DNA of 51,563 nucleotides, taken from the UHGV virus genome UHGV-0189653; one strand, given 5' to 3'. The notes below the pieces were generated by a model. The model saw only the letters and a list, made by a program, of their open reading frames with translations. It searched no databases and was not told the DNA's origin. This DNA comes from a virus. Below, in pieces: positions 12,101 to 21,414 of the stretch. Both the position numbers and the translations under genes were made by a program. Numbering within the stretch: position 1 is the stretch's first letter; every line of letters begins with the position of its first letter.

Positions 12101-12619
12101 GATATCAGTGGCAGTGTGAATGCGAACTCCGGGACGCTCAACAACGTCACGATTAATGAGAACTGTCAGATTAAGGGGAAACTGTCAGCCAATCAGATTG
12201 AAGGCGATATTGTCAAAACGGTCAGCAAGTCTTTCCCCCGCACGAACAGTTATGCCAGTGGCACCATCACGGTAAGAATCAGTGATGATCAGAAATTTGA
12301 CCGGCAGGTCATGATACCGCCAGTGTTATTCCGCGGTGGTAAGCATGAGAATTTCAACAGTAATAACCAACAGTCATACTGGTATTCAACCTGCCGGTTA
12401 AGAGTGACCCGCAATGGTCAGGAGATTTTTAATCAGTCCACGACGGATGCTCAGGGCGTATTTTCCTCCGTTATAGATATGCCTGCCGGACAGGGGACGC
12501 TGACACTGACATTCACCGTATCTTCATCAGGAGCGAATAACTGGACACCAACAACCAGTATCAGCGATCTGCTGGTTGTGGTGATGAAAAAATCCACAGC
12601 AGGTATCAGTATCAGCTGA
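9137..12619 (+). CDS. J: host specificity protein J (central tail fibre / tip attachment protein)
   Basis: 1160-aa ORF, N-terminus [24 protein letters not shown] as in lambda J; follows I. Confidence 0.9.
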   Translation: MGKGSSKGHTPREAKDNLKSTQLLSVIDAISEGPVEGPVDGLKSVLLNSTPVLDSEGNTNISGVTVVFRAGEQEQSPPEGFESSGSETVLGTEVKYDTPITRTITSANIDRLRFTFGVQALVETTSKGDRNPSEVRLLVQIQRNGGWVTEKDITIKGKTTSQYLASVVVDNLPPRPFNIRMRRMTPDSTTDQLQNKTLWSSYTEIIDVKQCYPNTALVGVQVDSEQFGSQQVSRNYHLRGRILQVPSNYNPQTRQYSGIWDGTFKPAYSNNMAWCLWDMLTHPRYGMGKRLGAADVDKWALYVIGQCCDQSVPDGFGGTEPRIACNAYLTTQRKAWDVLSDFCSAMRCMPVWNGQTLTFVQDRPSDKVWTYNRSNVVMPDDGAPFRYSFSALKDRHNAVEVNWIDPDNGWETATELVEDTQAIARYGRNVTKMDAFGCTSRGQAHRAGLWLIKTELLETQTVDFSVGAEGLRHVPGDVIEICDDDYAGISIGGRVLAVNSQTRTLTLDREITLPSSGTTLISLVDGSGNPVSVEVQSVTDGVKVKVSRVPDGVAGYSVWGLKLPTLRQRLFRCVSIRENDDGTYAITAVQHVPEKEAIVDNGAHFDGEQSGTVNGVTPPAVQHLTAEVTADSGEYQVLARWDTPKVVKGVSFLLRLTVTADDGSERLVSTARTTETTYRFTQLALGRYTLTVRAVNAWGQQGDPASVSFRIAAPAAPSRIELTPGYFQITATPHLTVYDPTVQFEFWFSEKRIAGIKQVETTARYLGTALYWIAASINIRPGHDYYFYVRSVNTVGKSAFVEAVGQPSDDASGYLDFFKGEIGKTHLAQELWTQIDNGQLAPDLAEIRTSITDVSNEITQTVNKKLEDQSAAIQQIQKVQVDTNNNLNSMWAVKLQQMQDGRLYIAGIGAGIENTPDGMQSQVLLAADRIAMVNPANGNTKPMFVGQGDQIFMNDVFLKRLTAPTITSGGNPPAFSLTPDGKLTAKNADISGSVNANSGTLNNVTINENCQIKGKLSANQIEGDIVKTVSKSFPRTNSYASGTITVRISDDQKFDRQVMIPPVLFRGGKHENFNSNNQQSYWYSTCRLRVTRNGQEIFNQSTTDAQGVFSSVIDMPAGQGTLTLTFTVSSSGANNWTPTTSISDLLVVVMKKSTAGISIS

Positions 12620-12637
12620 ATTTTATAACCCAGAACG

Positions 12638-12662
12638 GGCGTCAGAAATGACGCCTTTTTTA
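12638..12662 (+). terminator. intrinsic terminator after J
   Basis: ggcgtca-gaaa-tgacgcc hairpin followed by T6. Confidence 0.6.
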
Positions 12663-12685
12663 TTGCAGAAAAGCGAGAGGTAATT

Positions 12686-13285
12686 ATGCGTAAAGTTTGT
12701 GCAGCAATTTTGTCCGCAGCCATCTGTCTGGCCGTATCCGGTGCGCCTGCATGGGCGTCTGAACATCAGTCCACGCTGAGCGCGGGGTATCTTCATGCCC
12801 GGACGAACGTTCCCGGCAGCGATGATCTGAACGGGATTAACGTGAAATACCGTTATGAGTTTACGGACACACTGGGGATGGTGACGTCATTCAGCTATGC
12901 AGGAGACAAGAATCGCCAGCTGACCCATTACAGCGATACCCGCTGGCATGAAGATTCCGTGCGTAACCGCTGGTTCAGCGTGATGGCGGGGCCGTCTGTG
13001 CGCGTGAATGAATGGTTCAGCGCGTATGCGATGGCGGGTGTGGCTTACAGCCGTGTGTCGACTTTCTCCGGGGATTATCTTCGCGTAACTGACAACAAGG
13101 GGAAAACGCACGATGTGCTGACCGGAAGTGATGACGGTCGCCACAGCAACACGTCTCTGGCGTGGGGAGCTGGCGTGCAGTTTAACCCGAACGAATCCGT
13201 GGCCATTGATATTGCTTATGAAGGTTCCGGCAGTGGCGACTGGCGCACTGACGGTTTCATCGTGGGTGTCGGTTATAAGTTCTGA
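12686..13285 (+). CDS. lom: Lom outer membrane protein (Ail/Lom/OmpX family beta-barrel)
   Basis: 199-aa ORF with signal peptide and C-terminal GYKF; matches lambda Lom; flanked by terminators. Confidence 0.9.
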   Translation: MRKVCAAILSAAICLAVSGAPAWASEHQSTLSAGYLHARTNVPGSDDLNGINVKYRYEFTDTLGMVTSFSYAGDKNRQLTHYSDTRWHEDSVRNRWFSVMAGPSVRVNEWFSAYAMAGVAYSRVSTFSGDYLRVTDNKGKTHDVLTGSDDGRHSNTSLAWGAGVQFNPNESVAIDIAYEGSGSGDWRTDGFIVGVGYKF

Positions 13286-13311
13286 TTAGCCAGGTAACAC
13301 AGTGTTATGAC

Positions 13312-13339
13312 AGCCCGCCGGTTCAGGCGGGCTTTTTTG
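13312..13339 (+). terminator. intrinsic terminator after lom
   Basis: agcccgcc-ggttca-ggcgggct hairpin followed by T6. Confidence 0.6.
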
Positions 13340-13343
13340 TGGG

Positions 13344-16300
13344 GTGAATATGGCAGTAAAGATTTCAGGTGTACTGAAAGACGGCACAGGAAAACCGGTA
13401 CAGAACTGCACAATCCAGCTGAAAGCAAAACGTAACAGCACCACGGTGGTGGTGAACACGCTGGCCTCAGAAAATCCGGATGAAGCCGGGCGTTACAGCA
13501 TGGACGTTGAGTACGGTCAGTACAGCGTTATTCTGTTGGTGGAAGGATTCCCGCCGTCACATGCCGGGACCATCACCGTGTATGAAGATTCTCAACCCGG
13601 TACGCTGAATGATTTTCTCGGTGCCATGACGGAGGATGATGCCCGTCCGGAGGCACTGCGCCGTTTTGAACTGATGGTGGAAGAGGTGGCGCGTAACGCG
13701 TCCGCGGTGGCACAGAACACGGCAGCCGCGAAGAAGTCAGCCAGTGATGCCAGCACATCAGCCCGTGAGGCGGCAACCCATGCGGCTGATGCTGCGGACT
13801 CAGCACGCGCAGCCAGCACGTCAGCCGGACAGGCCGCGTCGTCGGCTCAGTCAGCGTCTTCCAGCGCAGGAACGGCATCAACAAAGGCCACTGAAGCATC
13901 AAAAAGTGCTGCCGCTGCAGAGTCCTCAAAAAGCGCGGCGGCCACCAGTGCCGGTGCGGCGAAAACGTCAGAAACGAATGCTTCAGCGTCACAACAATCA
14001 GCAGCCACATCTGCATCCACCGCGACCACGAAGGCATCAGAAGCTGCGACCTCGGCCCGGGATGCGGCGGCCTCAAAAGAGGCGGCAAAATCATCAGAAA
14101 CGAGCGCAGCCTCGAGCGCCGGCAGTGCAGCTTCCTCGGCAACGGCGGCAGGAAATTCCGCGAAGGCCGCAAAAACGTCTGAGACGAATGCGGATAACAG
14201 CGCACAGGCGGCAGCAGACTCACAAACTGCATCGGCAAACTCCGCGACATCAGCCAAAAAATCAGAAACCAACGCGAAAAATAGTGAGGCAGCAGCAAAG
14301 GTCAGCGAAACCAACGCTAAAGCGTCAGAGAACAAGGCGAAAGAATATCTCGACAAGGTCGGGGGACTCGTCAGCCCGATGACGCAATACGATTGGCCCG
14401 TTGTTACTGGTAGTGAGTCTTTTTACATAAAGATCGCGAAACTTTCCGATCCTGGAAGCAACAATTGCCATGTAACGCTAATGGTTACTAATGCCGGTAA
14501 CTACGGCTCCCCTTACGGAAACATTGACTTTATCGAGATCTCGGCGCGCGGTCTGCCTTCTTTGCTTAGTGCGGATAATGTTTCTCGTCATCTGAGTATA
14601 CGCCGCTTAGGGTCAACCGGGCTGACCGATAACAACCAGATGCGTTACGGCCTGGTTAAAGGTGACGGCTTTATTGAGGTTTGGGCATTCCAGGGTGCGT
14701 TTATTAACGACGCAAAGGTTGCGGTGCTGGCGCAGACAACACTAAACACAGAATTATACATTCCAGACGGATTTGTTAAGCAAACCGCCGCGCCTTCTGG
14801 ATATATTGAAGGCAACGTTGTAAGGATTTACGACCAGGTAAACAAGCCGACTAAAGCAGATTTGGGTCTTTCTAATGCTATGCTTACAGGCGCTTTCGGT
14901 CTTGGCGGTAGCGGGATATCAACAAACGGCAAGATGAGCGATGTAGAGATCTTAAAAGCTCTGCGTGACAAAGGTGGTCATTTCTGGCGCGGTGATAAGC
15001 CGACCGGAAGCACGGCGACCATTTATAGCCACGGTTCTGGTATATTCTCGCGGTGCGGCGATACGTGGTCAGCGATCAATATCGACTACTCAACCGCGAA
15101 GATTAAGATCTATGCCGGCAACGATGCCCGGCTTAACAACGGGACTTTTAGCGTCAATGAGCTATACGGAACCAAAAACAAGCCGTCGAAATCGGATGTT
15201 GGACTCGGCAACGTAACTAACGATGCGCAGGTGAAAAAATCCGGCGATGTTATGTCAGGTGATCTTGATATATTGAAAGAAACGCCGTCTATCAGGCTAA
15301 AATCAGCAAAAGGAACCGCTCATCTGTGGTTCATGAACAACGACGGCGAGCGCGGCGTTGTTTGGGCGCCTGTAAATACTGATACGCTTGGCGAAGTTCG
15401 CATCAGGGCTAAAAACGCAAAAGGTGAATCAAGTGGTGATTTTGTTGTTCGCCACGACGGGAGGGTTGATGCCCGCGATCTAAAAGTAACGTACAAAATC
15501 AGTGGAGCCACCGCAGAGCTTGCAAACACATCAACTGACGTGGCTAATACTACGTTAAAAATCAGCGGATCACAGCATACGCCTTTAGTTTTAACTCGCA
15601 GTGGAGAAATTAAAAACTTATCCATTGGGTTTAAGGTTGATGATGTTGAACAAAAATATCTCGGCGTATACGGTGACGGTAATTTGTATTTCGGTAATTC
15701 CTCTGACCACTCAAAAAACAGCAGAGTAATTACACAAGCAATACTCGATAGCGGGGTAACGGTAGGCGGTAAAACAACATTTTCTGACCTTGCCACATTT
15801 AACGCTGGCATATCTGGCGCAATCGAACCTGAAAGCATTTCTGAAGTGACCGTTGATCTTAATGATCTGACCATTAAAGGCACAGATAAAGGATCGGTTA
15901 AATACTATCAGTGCAGAACTGCCGGAGGTGGTGCGAATATTACCAATAAGCCTGACGGCGTAGGCGGTAACTTTTTGCTTCGTGTAGAGTCGATTCGTAA
16001 GATTAGGGATTCAGATTATGCGAACATGCAAACGCTGATTGGCAGCGACACAAAACGTATATACGTTCGCTTTGTTGTTAATGGAAACTGGACAGCGTGG
16101 AGTCAGGTTGTTGTTTCCGGATGGAATCAGGATGTAACCGTCAGGTCGTTAACCTCGACGACTCCATCAAAATTAGGTGGCGGGCGTGTTGACGTGCTTG
16201 GAAGTACGTCAGATTACAACAGCATGAATTGTGCTGTGCGTGGTGTTGATAACACTGGAACCAATTCGGCGTGGTCGGTAGGTACATCAGAAAGCACAGG

Positions 16301-17108
16301 CAAAATGTTGTTCCTGAAAAACCACAGAAGCAGCGCTCAAGTGCTGTTAAATGGCGATGATGGCGCGGTTCAACTCAAAACAGGTGCTGTTAACGGGGCT
16401 ACAGCGCAGGCGCTCACTATCAACAGGAATGAGGTTAACTCAACCGTTGATTTAACCCTTACAAAGCAATCAGGGACTGGTAATCGTTTTGTTTTACAGA
16501 ACTCAGGTAATGCAGAACTACCGTTTTCTGTCAGGGTGTGGGGTTCCAGTACTCGTCAAAACGTTTTTGAGGTTGGAACGTCTGCTGCGTATCTGTTTTA
16601 TGCGCAAAAAACAACAGACGGGCAAAACCTTACTGTAAACGGAAGTGTTAACTGCACCACACTGAATCAGTCATCAGACCGCAGACTGAAAGAAAATATC
16701 GAGATTATCGATAACGCGACTGACGCAATCCGCAAAATTAATGGATACACGTACACGCTCAAGGAGAATGGGGCACATTGCGCCGGGGTTATAGCCCAGG
16801 AAGTTGAAGAGGCCATCCCGGAGGCCGTTGGTTCATTCATCCATTACGGTGAAGAGTTGCAAGGCCCGACCGTTGACGGCAACGAGCTACGCGAAGAAAC
16901 GCGCTATCTTAATGTTGACTACGCCGCCGTGACGGGTTTACTTGTTCAGGTCGCCCGTGAAACAGATGATCGCGTTACCGCGCTGGAAGAGGAAAACACA
17001 ACGCTACGTGAAAATCTGGCAACAGCAGACACCCGGATCAGCACTCTGGAAAATCAGGTAAGCGAACTGGTTGCACTTGTCCGGCAGTTAACAGGAAGCG
17101 AACATTGA
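13344..17108 (+). CDS. stf: side tail fibre protein with C-terminal peptidase S74-type intramolecular chaperone domain
   Basis: 1254-aa ORF; lambda Stf-like N-terminus (MAVKISGVLKDGTGKPVQNCTIQL); Ala/Ser-rich SETNA repeats; C-terminal SDRRLKENI motif (16671-16700) plus coiled coil, the signature of self-cleaving chaperone domains. Confidence 0.85.
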   Translation: MNMAVKISGVLKDGTGKPVQNCTIQLKAKRNSTTVVVNTLASENPDEAGRYSMDVEYGQYSVILLVEGFPPSHAGTITVYEDSQPGTLNDFLGAMTEDDARPEALRRFELMVEEVARNASAVAQNTAAAKKSASDASTSAREAATHAADAADSARAASTSAGQAASSAQSASSSAGTASTKATEASKSAAAAESSKSAAATSAGAAKTSETNASASQQSAATSASTATTKASEAATSARDAAASKEAAKSSETSAASSAGSAASSATAAGNSAKAAKTSETNADNSAQAAADSQTASANSATSAKKSETNAKNSEAAAKVSETNAKASENKAKEYLDKVGGLVSPMTQYDWPVVTGSESFYIKIAKLSDPGSNNCHVTLMVTNAGNYGSPYGNIDFIEISARGLPSLLSADNVSRHLSIRRLGSTGLTDNNQMRYGLVKGDGFIEVWAFQGAFINDAKVAVLAQTTLNTELYIPDGFVKQTAAPSGYIEGNVVRIYDQVNKPTKADLGLSNAMLTGAFGLGGSGISTNGKMSDVEILKALRDKGGHFWRGDKPTGSTATIYSHGSGIFSRCGDTWSAINIDYSTAKIKIYAGNDARLNNGTFSVNELYGTKNKPSKSDVGLGNVTNDAQVKKSGDVMSGDLDILKETPSIRLKSAKGTAHLWFMNNDGERGVVWAPVNTDTLGEVRIRAKNAKGESSGDFVVRHDGRVDARDLKVTYKISGATAELANTSTDVANTTLKISGSQHTPLVLTRSGEIKNLSIGFKVDDVEQKYLGVYGDGNLYFGNSSDHSKNSRVITQAILDSGVTVGGKTTFSDLATFNAGISGAIEPESISEVTVDLNDLTIKGTDKGSVKYYQCRTAGGGANITNKPDGVGGNFLLRVESIRKIRDSDYANMQTLIGSDTKRIYVRFVVNGNWTAWSQVVVSGWNQDVTVRSLTSTTPSKLGGGRVDVLGSTSDYNSMNCAVRGVDNTGTNSAWSVGTSESTGKMLFLKNHRSSAQVLLNGDDGAVQLKTGAVNGATAQALTINRNEVNSTVDLTLTKQSGTGNRFVLQNSGNAELPFSVRVWGSSTRQNVFEVGTSAAYLFYAQKTTDGQNLTVNGSVNCTTLNQSSDRRLKENIEIIDNATDAIRKINGYTYTLKENGAHCAGVIAQEVEEAIPEAVGSFIHYGEELQGPTVDGNELREETRYLNVDYAAVTGLLVQVARETDDRVTALEEENTTLRENLATADTRISTLENQVSELVALVRQLTGSEH
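13700..14340 (+). repeat. Ala/Ser-rich low-complexity coding repeats within stf (SETNA-type)
   Basis: Reiterated KTSETNA / KSSETSA / KVSETNAKA units visible in the translation; causes spurious ORFs in other frames. Confidence 0.6.
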
Positions 17109-17291
17109 TATCCTTCAAGCTCTGAAGGAGGCTGTTCCCGGTACGTTCAGACTGTTGTTGAGCTGGAAATCGCAACGGAGGAAGAGAAAGCGTTACTGGC
17201 CGCATGGAAAAAGTATCGGGTGTTGCTGAACCGTGTTGATACATCAACTGCACCTGATATTGAATGGCCTGCTGTCCCTGTTATGGAGTAA
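17109..17291 (+). pseudogene. tfa: 3-prime remnant of a tail fibre assembly (tfa) gene
   Basis: Directly after the stf stop, in frame and without a start codon, the sequence encodes ...[43 protein letters not shown], the conserved C-terminal tail of Tfa proteins. Confidence 0.5.
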
Positions 17292-17504
17292 TCGTTTTGT
17301 GATATACCGCAGACACGTTGTATGCAGGAACGTGCTGCGGCTGGCTGATGCACTTTCGAGAGTGCATGTATTGAATTATTTCCAGCTATTATCGATTTTA
17401 CGTATTTTTTGCATGAGAGAATTTGTACCTCCTCCCAACAACGACCTTCCATGACTTTCCGGACTTTTGTGGGCCAGCGGACGATGCTGTCCTCGGATGT
17501 TGTG

Positions 17505-18362
17505 CTAATTGGGTGATGACAAATCCTGTCTATGAGCGTTTCCCTTTGTGCGTGCGTTGAAGCTGATAACGGTAAACGTCATGATGAACACAACCGCGAA
17601 TAAGACGACAATCGTCGGAGCTGGTGCGCTGTCGATAAAAAAGGACAGCCAGACACCAGTCATTGAGACTATTACCGATATGCCAGTCGCCAGTAGGAGC
17701 GCAATATGAAAGCGTTGTGTCAGGAGTACCGCAATGGCGCCAGGCGCAATGAGCAGAGAAATGGAGAGAATGATACCTACTGCTTTCAGCGTTGCCACAA
17801 TGGTCAGGGAAACCATGCACAGCAGCCCATAATGCAGCCATCTCGTATGCAAACCGCTTACCTGCGCCTGTTGATAATCAAAGCTGAACAGCAAAAAATC
17901 CCGCCATTTTACGCTAATAACAAGTGTAACCAGCCCGGCAATAATCACCGTCTGGATTATATCGCCGATGGTTACCCCGAGCATGTTGCCGAAAAGAATA
18001 TGGTCAAGATGTACGTCTGGTTTGACTGCAATATACAAGATCAGACCTGCGGCAAACATGCCAGAAAAAACAATCCCCATCACTGTATCTTGCTTGATTC
18101 GGCTGTTGTCTTTCAGGTATCCCGTCGCCACCGCGCAGAATACTCCGGCGATAAATGCCCCTGTAGCCAGAGGTAACCCCAGAATCCAGGCAAGCACGAT
18201 GCCAGGAAAAACCGCATGACTCATCGCGTCACCCATCAGTGCCCAACCTTTCAGGACCAGAAAGACCGACAGCAGCGCACAGGGTATGGAAACTACCAGT
18301 GAAATCAGCAGTGCGTGACTCATAAAGGTAAACTGCAGTGGCTCCAGTAATAATGCCATCAT
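17505..18362 (-). CDS. sitD: Mn/Fe ABC transporter permease SitD
   Basis: 285-aa polytopic membrane protein, ABC-3 family, last gene of a four-gene minus-strand operon with overlapping junctions. Confidence 0.85.
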   Translation of the reverse strand: MMALLLEPLQFTFMSHALLISLVVSIPCALLSVFLVLKGWALMGDAMSHAVFPGIVLAWILGLPLATGAFIAGVFCAVATGYLKDNSRIKQDTVMGIVFSGMFAAGLILYIAVKPDVHLDHILFGNMLGVTIGDIIQTVIIAGLVTLVISVKWRDFLLFSFDYQQAQVSGLHTRWLHYGLLCMVSLTIVATLKAVGIILSISLLIAPGAIAVLLTQRFHIALLLATGISVIVSMTGVWLSFFIDSAPAPTIVVLFAVVFIMTFTVISFNARTKGNAHRQDLSSPN

Positions 18363-19216
18363 GAGCGATCCTCCAGCGCTTTATGCGCACGCCGACGATT
18401 TGCCAAAAGCCCATGGGTGGGCGCAAATACAAATGCTAAAAGAAACAGCAGTGTCTGCGCTACCACGATGATTCCACCTGTCGCGCCGTCCAGAAAGTAA
18501 CTGACCCACGCGCCGAGGAAACTGGTTACACTGCCAATAGTTACAGCAATTATGAGCAGGCGGGGAAAACGATCGGTTAACAACCATGCTGTTGCACCGG
18601 GAGTCACCACCAGACAGATCACCAGAAAGGCACCAACCGTTTGCAGCGCCGCAACGGTCGAAACCGACAGCAGGGTGAAGAAGAGGATTTTTAATCTGCC
18701 CGGATGCAATCCAATAGCACGGGCGTGATTCTCGTCGAAAAAGGTCACCATAAGATCTTTCCATTTGAAAAAAAGCACGATGATCGAGAGAATGCCAATG
18801 ATAGTGAGTTGCAGGATATCCGCCGGATCGATTGCCAGAATATTGCCCAATACGATGGTCTGAATGTTCACGGATGTCGGGTTCAATGACACCATAAACA
18901 GCCCCAGGCCAAAAAAGGAGGAGAAGATCAGGCCGATGATGGCATCTTCTTTTAAGCGAGTGCGTTGGTTAAGAAACAGCATGCTGCCCGCTGCCAGTCC
19001 GCCGGAAAAGAAGGCTCCCAGAGAAAACGGAAGCCCCAGCATATATGCTCCCGCAACACCCGGGACAATAGAGTGCGACAGCGCATCGCCAATCAGCGAC
19101 CAGCCTTTTAGCATCAGATAGCATGACAGGAAAGCGCAGAGACCGCCAACCATCGCCGAGACCCACATCGCATTGAGCATATATTCATAGCTGAAGGGTT
19201 CCAGTAGCACGTTCAT
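18359..19216 (-). CDS. sitC: Mn/Fe ABC transporter permease SitC
   Basis: 285-aa ABC-3 permease paralogue; 4-nt overlap with sitD and sitB. Confidence 0.85.
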   Translation of the reverse strand: MNVLLEPFSYEYMLNAMWVSAMVGGLCAFLSCYLMLKGWSLIGDALSHSIVPGVAGAYMLGLPFSLGAFFSGGLAAGSMLFLNQRTRLKEDAIIGLIFSSFFGLGLFMVSLNPTSVNIQTIVLGNILAIDPADILQLTIIGILSIIVLFFKWKDLMVTFFDENHARAIGLHPGRLKILFFTLLSVSTVAALQTVGAFLVICLVVTPGATAWLLTDRFPRLLIIAVTIGSVTSFLGAWVSYFLDGATGGIIVVAQTLLFLLAFVFAPTHGLLANRRRAHKALEDRS

Positions 19217-20040
19217 CTTGCTTCCCTCTGCACCGCTGACGGTCGATGTGCCACAAAAGGGCGTTCATCGTCAGTAATAATGCTTTCTTCCGAGCCGTTA
19301 AGTGTGACATGGCGCAGTACGCCGCTAAAAGCCAGCTCCAGGTTCTCGGCTGTAAAAGTGGTGTCTGTCGGCCCGCTTGCCAGGACGGTGTTTTTGACCA
19401 TGACCGTATAATCGCAAAATGTCGTGACTGAGCCGAGATTGTGCGTTGAGACAAGCATCGTCTTGCCTTCCGCGCGTAACTCCCTCAACAGGCTGATGAT
19501 TTTCGCTTCGGTTTTCACATCAACGCCGGTAAAAGGTTCATCCAGCAGGATCACATCACCCTGCTGTGCAATCGCTCTCGCCAGAAAGACGCGTTTCTTT
19601 TGTCCACCGGAAAGCTCGCCGATTTGTCGATGGCGAAAATCCACCATATCGACACGTTCCAGCGCATCGGTGACAATCTGACGATCCCTCTTTTTGGCTA
19701 TACGCAACATACCCATGTGCCCATAGCGGCCCATCATCACCACATCTTCCACTAGTACAGGAAATGACCAGTCAACCTCTTCTGACTGAGGGACGTAGGC
19801 AACCAGGTTTTTCTGTAGCGCCTGTCGCGTGGGAATACCCAGAACAGATATCTTTCCGCTGGTCAGACGCACAAATCCCATAATCGCTTTAAACAACGTC
19901 GATTTTCCGGAACCGTTTACCCCAACCAGAGCGGCAATAGATCCACTTGGTACTGTGAAGGATGCATCGCGCAGTGCTGTGTGCCCGTTACGCCAGGTGA
20001 CAGTAACATCATTAACGACAATGCCCGCAGATTGCATCAT
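19213..20040 (-). CDS. sitB: Mn/Fe ABC transporter ATP-binding protein SitB
   Basis: 275-aa ORF with Walker [13 protein letters not shown] signature LSGGQ and Walker B ILLDEP. Confidence 0.9.
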   Translation of the reverse strand: MMQSAGIVVNDVTVTWRNGHTALRDASFTVPSGSIAALVGVNGSGKSTLFKAIMGFVRLTSGKISVLGIPTRQALQKNLVAYVPQSEEVDWSFPVLVEDVVMMGRYGHMGMLRIAKKRDRQIVTDALERVDMVDFRHRQIGELSGGQKKRVFLARAIAQQGDVILLDEPFTGVDVKTEAKIISLLRELRAEGKTMLVSTHNLGSVTTFCDYTVMVKNTVLASGPTDTTFTAENLELAFSGVLRHVTLNGSEESIITDDERPFVAHRPSAVQREAR

Positions 20041-20954
20041 TATTTCTCCCTTTTCCCGGCTTTAATTCCCTGTACCAGCGTACTGGTAGTAACCTTCAGA
20101 AGGTCGATATACGTAGGTACCGGGCCGTTTTCTGTGCTCAGGGAATCGACATAGAGTACACCGCCGTAGTGCGCGCCGGTTTCACGCGCAACCTGACGCG
20201 CTGGTTTATCGGAAATCGTACTCTCGCTAAAGACTGCCGGGATATGATTTTTCTTCACCATATCAACAACCTTACGTACCTGCTGCGGCGTGCCTTGTTG
20301 ATCGGCATTAATCGGCCACAGATAAAGCTCTTTTAGCCCCAAATCGCGTGCGAGATAAGAAAAAGCCCCTTCACTGGTGGCCATCCATCGCTGATTCTCA
20401 GGGAGTTCAGCAATCTGCTTACGCAGGGGGGCAAGGGTTTGGGTAATCTTGGCTTTATAAGTATCGGCATTACGTTGGTAGGTTTGTGCATTTGCCGGAT
20501 CGTATTTTATCAACGCATCACGAATATTATCGACGTAAATCAGAGCATTATCTGGCGACATCCAGGCATGGGGGTTAGGTTTGCCCTCATAGGGGCCTTC
20601 AGTGATCCCTACTGGCGTCACACCCGAAGAGACAATTACTTCTGGAACCCCATTAAGATGCTGGTAAAAGCGTTGGAACCACAATTCCAGATTCATACCA
20701 TTGGCGAGAATCAGTTGTGCCCCCTGCGCACGTTTAATATCGCCAGGGGTAGGCTGATACTCATGAATTTCTGCACCGGGCTTGGTTATGGATGAGACTT
20801 CTGCAGCATCTCCAGCCACGTTTTTGGCCATATCTGCGATGATGGTAAATGTTGTAATGACCTTGAATTTTTCAGTTGCACTCGCCTGAAATGCGATCGA
20901 GCAGGTGAGGGCGAGGCACCCCAAGAGCATGGTTACTTTTTTTATTGAGTACAT
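20040..20954 (-). CDS. sitA: periplasmic Mn/Fe-binding protein SitA
   Basis: 304-aa ORF with signal peptide ([18 protein letters not shown]), cluster-9 substrate-binding protein; first gene of operon. Confidence 0.9.
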   Translation of the reverse strand: MYSIKKVTMLLGCLALTCSIAFQASATEKFKVITTFTIIADMAKNVAGDAAEVSSITKPGAEIHEYQPTPGDIKRAQGAQLILANGMNLELWFQRFYQHLNGVPEVIVSSGVTPVGITEGPYEGKPNPHAWMSPDNALIYVDNIRDALIKYDPANAQTYQRNADTYKAKITQTLAPLRKQIAELPENQRWMATSEGAFSYLARDLGLKELYLWPINADQQGTPQQVRKVVDMVKKNHIPAVFSESTISDKPARQVARETGAHYGGVLYVDSLSTENGPVPTYIDLLKVTTSTLVQGIKAGKREK

Positions 20955-20986
20955 AATTTAGTACCTATAGTGAGCAAAATTAGAAC

Positions 20987-21008
20987 AAACATAGCAACGG
21001 CTATGTTT
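20987..21008. promoter_or_regulatory. MntR box upstream of sitA
   Basis: Perfect inverted repeat AAACATAGC-aacg-GCTATGTTT, matching the MntR operator consensus as I recall it. Confidence 0.6.
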
Positions 21009-21031
21009 TATAGCATAAGCAATACAAAATG

Positions 21032-21050
21032 AAAATGATTATCATTAGCA
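21032..21050. promoter_or_regulatory. Fur box-like site upstream of sitA
   Basis: gaAAATGATtATCATTAgC matches ~15/19 of Fur consensus GATAATGATAATCATTATC. Confidence 0.5.
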
Positions 21051-21159
21051 ATTTTAGATCCGAACCGGGATTAGGTTGTTTCCTGCTGGCGACGTGGTAC
21101 TGAGGAAAAAAGTAGGGCACCTATTAGGCTTTGAAATGACTTGATGAGGAAAATTGTTG

Positions 21160-21410
21160 ATGGCAAAAATGGGGCAAAGCGCTGCAAAAGGGGCAAAAAA
21201 GGGGCAAAAAAAGAGTGGGTTATCGTAGCTTATTGTTGTCGCTGATGATATTTAACACATTGAAAAATAAGTAAAATACTTATGAGTCAGAGAGTTGTGA
21301 TTTTTGCCCTTACTTGTTCAGGTTGTATTGTTCTTTCTTTGTAATTTGTTGATTTTCTTGCATTATTTCAGTTCTCTGGTACTAAATGGGGCAAATTGGG
21401 GGCAAACTTT
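21160..21410. other. attP: phage attachment site region (attP-like) with integrase arm-type repeats
   Basis: Direct repeats of (T/G)GGGCAAA at 21162-21210 (four to five copies), inverted copy TTTTGCCC at 21302-21309, two more direct copies at 21387-21407 abutting the int 3-prime end; core not delimited. Confidence 0.5.
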
Positions 21411-21414
21411 GCAA

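Noticed and set aside
13573-14382. Overlapping 241-aa, 212-aa and 169-aa ORFs within the stf repeat region
   Set aside because: Low-complexity translations (Pro/Arg/Gln- or Ala-rich) produced by alternate frames of the Ala/Ser-rich stf repeats; stf itself is the supported gene
17505-18432. Plus-strand ORFs 17706-18176 and 17968-18219, and minus-strand ORFs 17530-17841 and 18229-18432, overlapping sitD/sitC
   Set aside because: Embedded in well-supported permease genes in other frames or on the opposite strand; no independent signals
21162-21407. GGGGCAAA repeat cluster considered as a CRISPR-like array
   Set aside because: Repeats are only 8-9 bp with irregular spacing and an inverted copy, next to an integrase gene: characteristic of arm-type integrase binding sites
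20955-21414. Host chromosome (ttcA-type attB flank) between sitA and int
   Set aside because: No ORF resembling ttcA or any host gene is present; the interval holds only the sit promoter boxes and att repeats, so it is treated as phage DNA
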